64,000 bases of DNA from Cyanidioschyzon merolae (lineage: Eukaryota). The notes beneath the pieces were generated by a model. That model searched no databases. It was not told where the DNA came from and worked only from the letters and a program-made list of their open reading frames with translations. Shown here piece after piece: positions 54,741-64,000 of the stretch. Each line of letters opens with the position of its first letter. Within the stretch, counting starts at the first letter, position 1. The translations under genes were made by a program, and so were the position numbers. Location of the stretch: assembly GCA_000091205.1 (NCBI GenBank), contig AP006495.2, one strand, 5' to 3'.

Positions 54741-56072
54741 TAGGGGTAGAACAGAATTGAGTCGATAGCGATGAATGCGTTCCAGGCACGTCAATGAAGC
54801 ACACCGTATCAAACTTATTTACTCTGCACAAGGCGCATGAATATCGTTCGCTTCTCACTCACTAACTCAAAGTTCGTTTGGACCCCGTATGCGATCCAAT
54901 CGTTTCCGCGTCTCCTCAGACTACGCAAGAAAAGGCGACAGCGTCCTGTCGTGGAGGTTCTTGGCACTCCGCCAGACTTCCGATGGAAGCCGGATATCTA
55001 CCAGCAGCGTATCGGAGTGGGATTTAGAAAGGTTTCCCACTCGAATACAACACTTAACGAACTGCATTTTATTTCAGAGACGCTCTGATGAAGCATGCCG
55101 TTATCCAAAATTGTCGGAGCGCTCCCACAAACGTCGGTGTGCAGATCGCGGAAACGTGACATACATCCAGTCGCTTTGCAGTGAAAGAAAACGGAGCTTG
55201 CTAGAGGTGCACATGGTAAGCCACGCTCGAGAGAGCATAGCAACGCACCGTCATGCCTCAATATACAAACCATGCTTTTATTGCTATATGCAACTCTGGC
55301 ACTCGCTGCTGTCTCGCCCGAGCCGCAGCAACTGCTGGCTGGCACCAATCTTGAGCGTGAATCTCCTGGTGGAACGTCATGCGGACTGGACGCAGCCGTC
55401 CAGCCAGTGTCCTTTTTACCGAAGCAATATCGGGTTTTGGCTGCGAAGTCTCCGCAGATCGACTGTCATATGCTCCTCATACAAAGACGAGGGAGCCTGC
55501 CTTTGGGCTTTCGCGATCGTCGCCCCGCTCCTCCAGAATGTACTTTGGAGCAGCTTTCGCCAGCTTGCACGGCCTGCTAGACCAAGACGGACGAAGAGTT
55601 CTACGTCCGTAGTTCGGGCCCGTACCATATGAACTGTGGCCTCGAACAGACGCCATTAAAAGAAGAAAAAGACCATTCGGGTCTCCATGCGATATCACAT
55701 ACGTCGCTGGGTCGGTGCAGTCTCTTTTTCAGAAGGGAATGCTGGTTTGCGGTTGACGATAAACCATAGCGTCTTTTCGAGAACCGAGGTTTCTCTCATT
55801 GATACAGGCTTCGTTGCTGCGTTCGAGAGCAGCTCATAGGTAAATTGATCCTCGCTTGGAGAAAATTTTCCAAACGAAATCCGTCCGCGAACAGCTTGCG
55901 AGCGATCTGTGATGTACTTTGCTATTCACTCCCCAAAATCTGCAATTCAGAAAAGAGATACAAGCTTGGCTTACATACGACTCAATGCCAACCATCTCCG
56001 CAATCAATCAGCTATCGCGATATCCGCGAAACAAACCAATAGACGCTACCGCCATTCAACTTGCATGCAGTC

Positions 56073-57758
56073 TCAAACTTGAGCTATAGCACAGCCATCT
56101 GCGCGGGGATCGCTGCCTCCCCAAAAGACGCCTGCATCTGCATCCCGCATTATGACCTGGCCGCGGCCAAAAGCCATCCGAGCAGGTCCTCGAACATCAC
56201 TCATTTTGATAGGATGCCCCAAATGCTGCAATTCAGAAGCCACATGCGGCAATATGCCCTGCTCCAGCAGAAGGGGAGCGTGCGCAATGTTCTCCGGCCG
56301 GAAGTTTCGGGACTCGATGAAAAAACGAGGCGCATCGAGGGCAGCTTGCGCATCCATTTTGCGATCCATCATATTCACGATGACCTGAAGATGACCTTGC
56401 GGTTGCATCATACCCCCCATGACCCCGAAAGCTGAGAACAGGCATCCAGACGAGGCATGCACTGCCATTCCTGGCATGAGCGTGTGATATGGACGACGGC
56501 ATGGCCCCAGAACGTTCGGGCTCCGTGAATCAAGACTGAAACCGAGACCGCGATTTTGGAGCGAGAAACCAAAACCTTCCGGAACAATGCCGGTACCGAA
56601 TCCCTTGCAAGTTGAGTTAACGAAGGAACATGCGTTTCCTTGTTCATCCACAACACAGAATTGGACAGTATCGGATCCAGCGAATCCGGCAGCGGATGAC
56701 GATTGTTGGCTGAGTTGGGCACGACCTTCGCGGAATATACGTCGCCAGGTTCTCATGGAATCGTCGGTAAAAAGTCTGCACACTGCTCCACAGTCTACTT
56801 GACCGCAACAACGACACGAGTCCGGTGCGTGTGATCGATCCGCTATGTAGGTGTCGGCCACTAGGAACCCGACGCGCATCGCCCGTATCAGCGCATCCAA
56901 CAAGGCAGCGTCTTGCCCGGCCGTGTGAAGGCTCTCGAGATCAATGCCATCCAAAATCTTAAGTGCTATCAATGTTGCGAGGCCTTGCGTTGGTGGCGGC
57001 ATCTCGTAGATCCGAACACCCCGGTATTCCGCCTGAAGCGGCTCTGCCTCTTCCGTGCGATGCGAACGCAAATCCTCATGGAGCATGGGCACCGAAGCTA
57101 AACTCGAAACGATCGCATCTGCTACTGGACCTTCGTAAAAGCCCGCTTTACCACGTTCCGCGATAAGTCGCAACGCTCGGCCTAAACCGGGGTTTCGGAA
57201 AACTTCACCGGCTCGCGGTGCTCTGCAGCGTTCCACGAGCAGCGCAGACCCGCCCGGGGACCTTTTCAGCAAGTCCACGCTGCTCCGCCACTGCAGCGCT
57301 GTCAGCGGGGACACTGGGAAACCGAACTCTGCAAGCTGTATAGCCGGGTCAAGAACTGACCTTATCGGAACAGATCCGCTACTGAAGCGATCAATCGCGT
57401 CACACCATAAAGCCGGTGCACCGGGTACGGTGACAGTTAGTGGTGACGCTGGGGCAAGCTCCTTCAGACCTGCTCTCTGCACGGCTTCCAGTGTTAAGGC
57501 TGCTGGCGAGCGTCCACAACCTAACAGTGCGGACACTTTCTTCTCTTTAGCGTCAAAATACAAAAGCAGGGCATCGCCGCCTATGCCTGTGGAGCACGGC
57601 TCCGTCACGGCGAGCGTCGCCGCAACGGCCACAGCCGCGTCTACCGCGGTCCCGCCTGCTGTGAGCACCTGAATCCCAGCCTGTGAGGCCAGCGGTTGAG
57701 AAGCGGCACACAAACCTCTCAAACTCAAGACGGGAGAACGCCGAGAGTGGAACTCCAT
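56073..57758 (-). CDS. GGT: Gamma-glutamyltranspeptidase
   Basis: GGTAVDAAVAVAATLAVTEPCSTGIGGDALLLYFD and SDTVQFCVVDEQGNACSFVNSTCKGFGTGIVPEGFGFSLQNRG; full GGT length (561 aa). Confidence 0.85.
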   Translation of the reverse strand: MEFHSRRSPVLSLRGLCAASQPLASQAGIQVLTAGGTAVDAAVAVAATLAVTEPCSTGIGGDALLLYFDAKEKKVSALLGCGRSPAALTLEAVQRAGLKELAPASPLTVTVPGAPALWCDAIDRFSSGSVPIRSVLDPAIQLAEFGFPVSPLTALQWRSSVDLLKRSPGGSALLVERCRAPRAGEVFRNPGLGRALRLIAERGKAGFYEGPVADAIVSSLASVPMLHEDLRSHRTEEAEPLQAEYRGVRIYEMPPPTQGLATLIALKILDGIDLESLHTAGQDAALLDALIRAMRVGFLVADTYIADRSHAPDSCRCCGQVDCGAVCRLFTDDSMRTWRRIFREGRAQLSQQSSSAAGFAGSDTVQFCVVDEQGNACSFVNSTCKGFGTGIVPEGFGFSLQNRGLGFSLDSRSPNVLGPCRRPYHTLMPGMAVHASSGCLFSAFGVMGGMMQPQGHLQVIVNMMDRKMDAQAALDAPRFFIESRNFRPENIAHAPLLLEQGILPHVASELQHLGHPIKMSDVRGPARMAFGRGQVIMRDADAGVFWGGSDPRADGCAIAQV

Positions 57759-57779
57759 GCAGAGGCCCGCCAGTCTCGT

Positions 57780-58958
57780 CTAATCAACGTAAAAAAGCGA
57801 ACTCCGATCTCCACCCTTGCGATATTGGCGCAGCGTGTTACGACCGAGGTCGCTCAAAAGATCGTGCGGTATGATGTCCAGGTCATCAAATGTGCCCAGT
57901 GCTTCACGCTCCTCCCCTGATGATAATATGGAGCTGGCTATCACATCAGACGCCTCTCTGACGGCATCGCTCTCCGTAAAAAGCGGTGAAGGGTTCACCA
58001 AAGGTAGCCGCATTCCCGTGAGGCGCATGACGACTTTGGCAATAGGGAGGGGTAAGTTCAAAAGATTAAGCTCCCTTTTCGTAGAGTCTGCGACAAATTC
58101 TACTACTTCACGGCGGGTAAGCACCCGGGGACCGAATAGTTCGTACGTCTTCCCCGCAGTGGACTCGGGATTGCGCACACTCGATACAATTGCTCGGGCG
58201 ACATCGTCTACCCAAACTGGTTGAGTCCGGCTTTTTCCGCCTTGGACGACGGGAACAAACCCTAGCCTACTGAGCGAAGTAGCTATCCTCGCAAGAAAGC
58301 GATCTTCCATGCCCCAAATATCTGCTGGGCGGAAAATCGTCGCTCGCGGGAAAGCTTGTCGAACAAGCCGTTCGCCCTCGATCTTAGAGCGAGACCAGCG
58401 ATCTTCTGGATACTCCGAGTTCGCCTTACTGTAAGCAGGTAGAGCGGACACATGGATAAAGTGCTCTACCTGTTCGAGGCTTGCAAGACGCGCGATAGTC
58501 TCCGCAACACCAATATTCACGTCCTCGAGGGAGTAGTACCTCGTATCGTACCATTTTCCGATAAGGTTGATTACGACGTTCGAGCCCGCAATTGATCGAC
58601 GCAGGGAATTGATGTCCCGAGCTTCAATCTGAATAGGATTGATCTGACCTAGATCGCCCATAACCTTCAGATGTCGATTGTCCAGTTCGTCACCTCTCCA
58701 GGCAACAAAAACTGTGCTCCCAATGCGCCCCAACTGACTAACAACGTACCGTCCCAGAAAGCCCGTTGAACCAAAAACAGTAGCAATAATCCCGGAGACC
58801 GAGGAGCGTCCTCCAGTGCCCTCGGCTCGCAACACAGGCGAAACAAGTCGAGCTTTCTCGCTTAAGTTCGTTGGAGAGCTCATGTACCGCACTGCGCTAC
58901 CATTACGCTGCAGGCTGAGCCGCAGCAGCCGGACGGACGCAGCCCCACAGCTGTCCAT
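57780..58958 (-). CDS. NDUFA9: NDUFA9-like NAD-dependent epimerase/dehydratase-fold protein (complex I 39-kDa subunit homolog)
   Basis: IATVFGSTGFLGRYVVSQLGRIGSTVFVAWRGDE...MGDLGQINPIQIEARD...NVVINLIGKWYDTRYYSLEDV...FIHVSAL, collinear with NDUFA9. It lies 22 bp downstream of GGT on the same strand. Confidence 0.8.
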   Translation of the reverse strand: MDSCGAASVRLLRLSLQRNGSAVRYMSSPTNLSEKARLVSPVLRAEGTGGRSSVSGIIATVFGSTGFLGRYVVSQLGRIGSTVFVAWRGDELDNRHLKVMGDLGQINPIQIEARDINSLRRSIAGSNVVINLIGKWYDTRYYSLEDVNIGVAETIARLASLEQVEHFIHVSALPAYSKANSEYPEDRWSRSKIEGERLVRQAFPRATIFRPADIWGMEDRFLARIATSLSRLGFVPVVQGGKSRTQPVWVDDVARAIVSSVRNPESTAGKTYELFGPRVLTRREVVEFVADSTKRELNLLNLPLPIAKVVMRLTGMRLPLVNPSPLFTESDAVREASDVIASSILSSGEEREALGTFDDLDIIPHDLLSDLGRNTLRQYRKGGDRSSLFYVD

Positions 58959-59902
58959 GAGGCTTGAAACGCAGCAAACGAAGGTGTTTTCAGTATGGAC
59001 CGCCGCAACGACTGTAAAGTTTAGTCAGTTGGCACGTTGGTACGCTCTCTGCCAATGGCATACGGCGCCGCGGCTGGGATCACAGCTGCTCCTCGAGCAT
59101 CTGGGCGGCATTGTTTCCGGCCCGAACACCCATGAGCCAGCAATGCTGGTTGCGACAATAACCTCTGGAGATATATATAACAGAACTGCTCTAATGTGAG
59201 GCAGACAGTAAGATCTGGACCAACTATTGAAATAATCCTGCAGTGCCCAATTCGTTCGCCGGTAAGCTCTTCGGATGAGAACTATGAGTTGAAGCAGCTC
59301 TCCGAAACTTTCGGTAACATGTAGAACGGCTGGATGGAGAGGATGGATCACAGTCGTTGTACAGACTGTTATCGAATGGGTCCGAGAAATCCCAATCACA
59401 CAAATTCGCACCAAGGCTGTTAGAGAACAAGAGAACAGCAGCTCGCTTCCACAGTGATGCACAGCAAAAATTCAAGATCGATTAGCGTACGGAAAGCGAA
59501 CAGAACTTGTACACTCTAAAAGGAAGCTATCGATCAGGTTGCATCCTCTACTAAGTGAATTCACGCTTCACTTAAATGATTTCGCTATATACTGCTCAGC
59601 TGTTGGCATCATCCAGACAAGTTCTTTCAATTCGAAGTGAGCTCAAGCGCCTCTTCATTTGATGCTACAAGACGAGTTTGTGGTTCAAAGTTGGATTGTG
59701 AGACCTGTCGCCGTCGGGCTCCCCAACTACTTTGCAGCATTGAGTTGAGATTCTGTGATGAACCGTGGGCACAGATAAAATAACGGGCTTTTCATACGAG
59801 AGTCTTCAGCCGAGAACGGTCAGCACGACGAAGACTGTGCGAACGTTTACCAGGTACATCGATTCCCGCCGCATACATGGTCTGTCTCTATAAATCGGAG
59901 TT

Positions 59903-60674
59903 GGAGCGGTTTCGTTTCGGGGAACTTTCGCGTGCGCTATGTGAGTTCTAGGGCTCCTATGCTCGACTGAGGGTGCGCTGACGGTATTTCGAGACGTCAT
60001 GTATGCGAGTGCTCCTCAGGCGCAGCCGCGGTGGTATATATGCTGCAGCTTGGGTTGGCGCCGGCGCCCAGCTCAGCTAGGACGCCATGTTGGGAGAGAT
60101 GCTGCGCCGAAGCGACACAGGATATGCTTTGTACAGTTTTGAGCAGAGGCAGAATGCCGTGTTGCAACAGACGCTTTACAGCAGCGAGGCGCAGTAGTCA
60201 CCAGAAAACTGCGGCGCGCCCGCTGTTGTCTCTGGGCTGTGTTACCGGCCTGTGCGTTATCGCACCCGTGTGGTAACTGGCCCTTCCAAAGGGCACCTCG
60301 CGCTGGCCCTAATGAATCCAGACGTCCACGAGCGACTACGTATGCTTCAGAGAGACCAAGCTGTCCCGAAGAGATGGGATGGCGACGCTCGCTCCCCGCG
60401 AACCTATCATCATATCACTCTGGTGCATGGAAGGCCTGCTGTCTCAGTGGCGTACTCCTTGACTGCGCACTTGGCCTGCTCAAGCCGTCGGATGCCTGTA
60501 AAACCTAATGGAATATTCGACGCTGTGCTTTGGAAAGGCAGCGCTGGCGTCCAATAGACCTCCGGCAGGGAGCTGGCGGTGCTGCTGATATTGATGCTGG
60601 TGTCGTTGTCTCGTGCAATAAACGCAGGTCAGGTAATGCTCTTTTTCTTGAACGAGCCATTTTCCGAGATACTT
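59903..60674. repeat. 772-bp dispersed repeat R2 (copy of R1)
   Basis: See R1; about 9 mismatches over 772 bp. Confidence 0.8.
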
Positions 60675-61079
60675 TCGAAAGCACGCACGCGGGCAGGACA
60701 CCGGCGAACTCTATTCGGCTGTATAGCAGATCAAATCTGATCTCCTGAGGACAGATAAGGTGCGAGGAAAGTGCGATGATGCCGATTTCGCTAGGGTTTC
60801 ATTCCACTGAAAGAGCCTCCAAAATCTTTGAAAATCGTTGCACTCTGTGTTAATATAAAATTCGATTCAGGAAAAAAATGCGAACACAAAGGTACCAGTT
60901 GCTCCTGTTAACAGAAAATTGTGTGCACCTGAGCTACGAGAAACTGAGGTGTTTAGTTCTGAGCCGATTTTTCATGCAAACGAAGAAGAAATATCCTAGA
61001 AACGGTGTCTATAGCTCCTTAGATGCTCTCCTCAAGGATATCCTCCATACTGTTTTAAGGGCTAGCTAAATAAAGACTA

Positions 61080-62180
61080 TCATTTCGATCTCTTGTAGAT
61101 GCTCTGCAACAGAAATCTGAGGGCCTCCACCGGGAAGTCCGCATCCAGGGCTTCAAGTTTGCGTTGAATTCGGGCATAACTTTCCTGATCATAGGTTTGA
61201 AATCGTTGCGGTAAACCAAGCTCGCGGTAGAGCGCCTTGATGCGAGCCACGCTATCGGAATCCTGTTTGCCATACGAACAGCGCAGCATTTCCCGCTGGG
61301 CAGGAGAGCAGCACTTTAGTGCTTCGACGATCAGCCAAGTACACTTTCTTTCTTCAATGTCTGTTCCAACCTTTCCTGTCACCACAGGATCCCCAAAGCA
61401 GTCCAGAAAATCATCCTGTGCCTGAAAGTAAGCACCCATCTCGAGCAGGATTTCCTTCGCTTGCTGGTAATACAACGAGTTCCGGATGCCCGCCAGACGC
61501 ATTCCAAGTGCCACGGGAAGATAAAAACTGTAAATTGCGGTCTTGAAGCGATAGATTCGGAGAAGGTTCTGCTCAGTAAACTTTTCGAGCATAGCGTCGG
61601 ATCCGGTGCTCGATTCGAGGTCTAACATCTGTCCGACTTCTGTGCTGTATGTCGTATCGAGAAAGAGTTCAACAAGGTCCAGATAAAGTTCGGGATCACT
61701 TTCACGGGCCCGAAACCTCCTGCGGAGCAGACGATAGATTTGTGCCTCTATCAGCAGGCAGTCGTTCACGGAACTTAAACCAATATGGTCCAACAAATAG
61801 TAGCACGGACGGCCGCGGCGGGTCTTGCTCCCGTCCATAACGTCATCAGCGACCAGAAAAAAAGCTTGGAGCCACTCGACGCACCAGCCAAGTAGCAACG
61901 CATCCTGACGCTCCTGTTCCGAGAGCGCTTCGAAGGTCTCGCAGCGGCGTGCTGCTCGATACGCTTCCAGAACCGCGAGACCTCGGTTCAGCTTACCGTG
62001 CGGAACATTGTAGTCCAAGCAAAACTTCACTCTTTCAAGGATGTTATCCGGGAGCTGAAAGTCCCCTGAACTGAGATCAGAAAGAATCTCTTCCCGTATC
62101 TTTGCATAAGCTGCCAAGAACGCCTCCCGCTTCTCCATAGGAACTGCAGTCTCAAGGGCGGCACCGGGAGTGCGCTGCAT
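61080..62180 (-). CDS. FPS: Farnesyl diphosphate synthase. The track ORF extends to 62291 (TTG); candidate ATGs are at 62180 and 62138
   Basis: First aspartate-rich motif LLLGWCVEWLQAFFLVADDVMDGSKTRRGRPCYY and second aspartate-rich motif GAYFQAQDDFLDCFGDPVVTGKVGTDIEERKCTWLIV. Confidence 0.9.
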   Translation of the reverse strand: MQRTPGAALETAVPMEKREAFLAAYAKIREEILSDLSSGDFQLPDNILERVKFCLDYNVPHGKLNRGLAVLEAYRAARRCETFEALSEQERQDALLLGWCVEWLQAFFLVADDVMDGSKTRRGRPCYYLLDHIGLSSVNDCLLIEAQIYRLLRRRFRARESDPELYLDLVELFLDTTYSTEVGQMLDLESSTGSDAMLEKFTEQNLLRIYRFKTAIYSFYLPVALGMRLAGIRNSLYYQQAKEILLEMGAYFQAQDDFLDCFGDPVVTGKVGTDIEERKCTWLIVEALKCCSPAQREMLRCSYGKQDSDSVARIKALYRELGLPQRFQTYDQESYARIQRKLEALDADFPVEALRFLLQSIYKRSK

Positions 62181-62232
62181 CCGCCGCACACGCTTCCGAA
62201 CAACGGTTGAACTTCCGAGGCTCCACACCGAA

Positions 62233-64000
62233 ATGTCGCACTGTTTCGTACCATCCACTTTTCTGTGGACTGTAAACGTGCGAAATTGCAAAACTGTTCC
62301 TCAAAGACAAACTTTGCAGAAAGCGTTCGGCAGCCGTGTTTTCCGACTACGGCCGGGAGCGTTAGCAAGGCTGCGCTGCCTGGACACAGTCCCTGTGACG
62401 TTGAACACAATATCAACCCCTGAAGACGGAGATGCAACCCCTCGGGATTCCATACGGGAGACTTTTCCCCTTGTGGCCGTCGTCGGCCATGACTTAGTTA
62501 AGCTGGCCTTGCTGCTTGCGGCTGTGAACCCAAAGGTTGGAGGTGTCCTGATATCCGGTGGACGGGGCACTGCCAAGTCAGTGCTGGCCAGAGCAGTGCA
62601 AGCGCTGCTTCCTCCGATAGAGGTTGTCTTGGGATCACCGTACAATGAGGTGCCCCGTGGAGACTTGCCTGAAAGCAAAAGAGCAATCATTCCAGCACCA
62701 TTTGTACAAGTGCCCCTAAATGCAACGGAGGATCGACTGGTGGGGTCCATCGACATAGAGCGCTCTATGAAACTGGGGGAATCTGTTTTCCAACCTGGTG
62801 TCCTAGCTAGGGCCCACCGAGGTATCCTCTATGTTGATGACATCAATCTGCTGGATGAGAGCATTGCTAACCTGCTGCTTTCGGTTGTATCTGAAGGTCG
62901 CGTGCTGGTGGAAAGAGAAGGCATCTCTCTCGGCTATCCCTGTGAACCTCTTCTGATAGCAACTTTTAACCCAGATGAAGGCCCTATCCGTCCACACTTG
63001 GCAGATCGCATGGCAGCTATTGTGAACGCAGATTCTCCACCGCTCTCTATCGAGGAACGCATACGGGCTGTAGATGCCGTTACCGAGTTTTACCGTAACC
63101 CTCGTGAATTTGTACGCAAGTACGAACAGGAGATGGATGAGCTCCGACAGCGCATTATATTCGCACGGGAAGAGTATCGCGACGTGGTCATCGCTCGTAA
63201 GCAGGTAGAATATCTATGTGAAGAGTCCATTCGAGGTGCCGTCCAGGGCCATCGGGCCGAAATCTTCGCCGCCGAACTGGCTCGTGCGAATGCTGCCTTC
63301 GAAGGACGCCTCCGTGTCAATGAACAAGACCTTCGTATCGCAGTTCGCCTAGCCATATTCCCCCGAGCAAAGGTCTTCTATCGCGACAACAATGATGAGG
63401 AAAATGTATCCCAGAAGCGCCCGCCTCCACCACCCCCACCGCCATCAAATGAGCAGGATGGTGAAGAGAAGGAAGATGAATCGGAGCAAGAACAAGAAGA
63501 GGAGGATGAGAATGAGATCGAAGAGGCTCCGCAGGTACCCGAAGAGTTCATGTTTGATCCCGAAGGCGTCCCCATCGATCCGGAGCTGTTGAATATTGCA
63601 CAGGGGCAGCAGAAGCAGGGCCGCAGCGGCGGTCGAGGTATCATATTTTCCGACGAGCGAGGGCGCTACGTCAAGGCGATGTTTCCGCGCGGGAAAGTGA
63701 AGCGTGTGGCTATCGATGCTACCATACGCTCTGCGGCCCCCTACCAAAGAATGAGGCGCGCACGCCATGCTCAGGAAAATGGAAGAAGGGTCTTCATTGA
63801 GCCTCCAGATCTTCGAGCCAAGCGTATGGCCAGGAAAGCGGGAGCTTTGGTCCTTTTCGTGGTGGATGCTTCGGGGTCCATGGCCTTAAATCGAATGAGC
63901 TCCGCCAAAGGAGCAGCGATTCGACTGCTCGCAGAGGCGTACCAGTCCAGGGATCAAATCGCCTTGATAACCTTTGGAGGGGAGTGTGCAAGCGTGCTGC
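62233..64000 (+). CDS. CHLD: Magnesium chelatase subunit D (ChlD), 5'-partial at the window edge, with an N-terminal transit-peptide-like extension
   Basis: AAA+ N-terminal domain FPLVAVVGHDLVKLALLLAAVNPKVGGVLISGGRGTAKSV...ILYVDDINLLD; Pro/acid-rich linker PPPPPPPPSNEQDGEEKEDESEQEQEEEDENE; start of the vWA domain VLFVVDASGSM. It is not in the ORF track because it runs off the end. ATG at 62233, in frame with no stops. Confidence 0.85.
   Translation, partial: MSHCFVPSTFLWTVNVRNCKTVPQRQTLQKAFGSRVFRLRPGALARLRCLDTVPVTLNTISTPEDGDATPRDSIRETFPLVAVVGHDLVKLALLLAAVNPKVGGVLISGGRGTAKSVLARAVQALLPPIEVVLGSPYNEVPRGDLPESKRAIIPAPFVQVPLNATEDRLVGSIDIERSMKLGESVFQPGVLARAHRGILYVDDINLLDESIANLLLSVVSEGRVLVEREGISLGYPCEPLLIATFNPDEGPIRPHLADRMAAIVNADSPPLSIEERIRAVDAVTEFYRNPREFVRKYEQEMDELRQRIIFAREEYRDVVIARKQVEYLCEESIRGAVQGHRAEIFAAELARANAAFEGRLRVNEQDLRIAVRLAIFPRAKVFYRDNNDEENVSQKRPPPPPPPPSNEQDGEEKEDESEQEQEEEDENEIEEAPQVPEEFMFDPEGVPIDPELLNIAQGQQKQGRSGGRGIIFSDERGRYVKAMFPRGKVKRVAIDATIRSAAPYQRMRRARHAQENGRRVFIEPPDLRAKRMARKAGALVLFVVDASGSMALNRMSSAKGAAIRLLAEAYQSRDQIALITFGGECASVL

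Noticed and set aside
54889-55632. 247-aa plus-strand ORF as a gene
   Set aside because: The start is non-ATG, the composition is low-complexity and Arg/Ser-rich, and there are overlapping antisense ORFs. It has no recognisable domain and is probably spurious.
39354-60674. R1 and R2 as LTRs of a 21-kb retrotransposon
   Set aside because: The interior consists of ordinary host genes (ceramide synthase, NDUFAF5, P5A-ATPase, TOP1, GGT, NDUFA9). There are no gag/pol ORFs, no TG..CA termini and no target-site duplication.
1-64000. tRNA, rRNA or other canonical RNA genes
   Set aside because: No T-loop (GGTTCGANTCC-type) or rRNA-like conserved blocks were recognised by eye. I could not run a covariance-model search, so small RNAs cannot be excluded.

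Overview
This 64-kb window (about 55-57% GC) looks like compact nuclear DNA from a photosynthetic eukaryote, possibly an intron-poor alga. Host genes read as single uninterrupted ORFs and are tightly packed, with several 3' ends overlapping and two head-to-head pairs closer than 100 bp. Host genes I can support from motifs (start to end of window) are: an SNF2/RING/F-box helicase, a RETICULATA-related DUF3411 protein, PRPP synthetase, a CGFS monothiol glutaredoxin, a DUF1992 (DnaJC28-like) protein, ribosomal protein L3, a CRT-like transporter (CLT), a TLC/LAG1 ceramide synthase, the NDUFAF5 methyltransferase, a P5A-type ATPase, DNA topoisomerase I, gamma-glutamyltranspeptidase, an NDUFA9-like protein, farnesyl-diphosphate synthase, and the 5' part of Mg-chelatase ChlD. 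The main result is a dense set of TnpB/Fanzor-like (OrfB_IS605-type RuvC nuclease) transposable elements. They form three roughly 2.2-2.8 kb two-gene elements (copy 1, copy 2 and copy 3), all on the minus strand: a conserved unknown 232-aa partner gene, here called ORF-A, sits upstream of a roughly 535-aa TnpB/Fanzor-like gene with GADPG (RuvC-I), a His/Cys-rich zinc-finger region and NRDFNAAINIRR (RuvC-III). In addition there are a fourth partial element running off the window start, three near-identical internally deleted derivatives that I call family II, two further short fragments, and a second TnpB-like lineage. All minus-strand copies share a conserved stretch of about 150 nt at the 3' end, which is a candidate omega-RNA and right-end region. 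Copy 1 and copy 2 are each intact apart from one in-frame TAG, at different positions. A 75-bp coding tandem repeat within the N-terminal region of the nuclease ORF varies in number (4, 2, 1) between copies. Four element right ends lie 1 to about 100 bp upstream of co-oriented host gene starts (CGFS glutaredoxin, DUF1992 protein, DNA topoisomerase I, CLT transporter). Other repeats are a 1.35-kb inverted segmental duplication carrying a 10-bp minisatellite, and a 772-bp direct repeat pair 20.5 kb apart. I saw no rRNA, tRNA or CRISPR arrays. Start codons are placed at the first ATG because the supplied ORF track also begins ORFs at GTG/TTG; coordinates I derived by hand are approximate to within about 10 bp.
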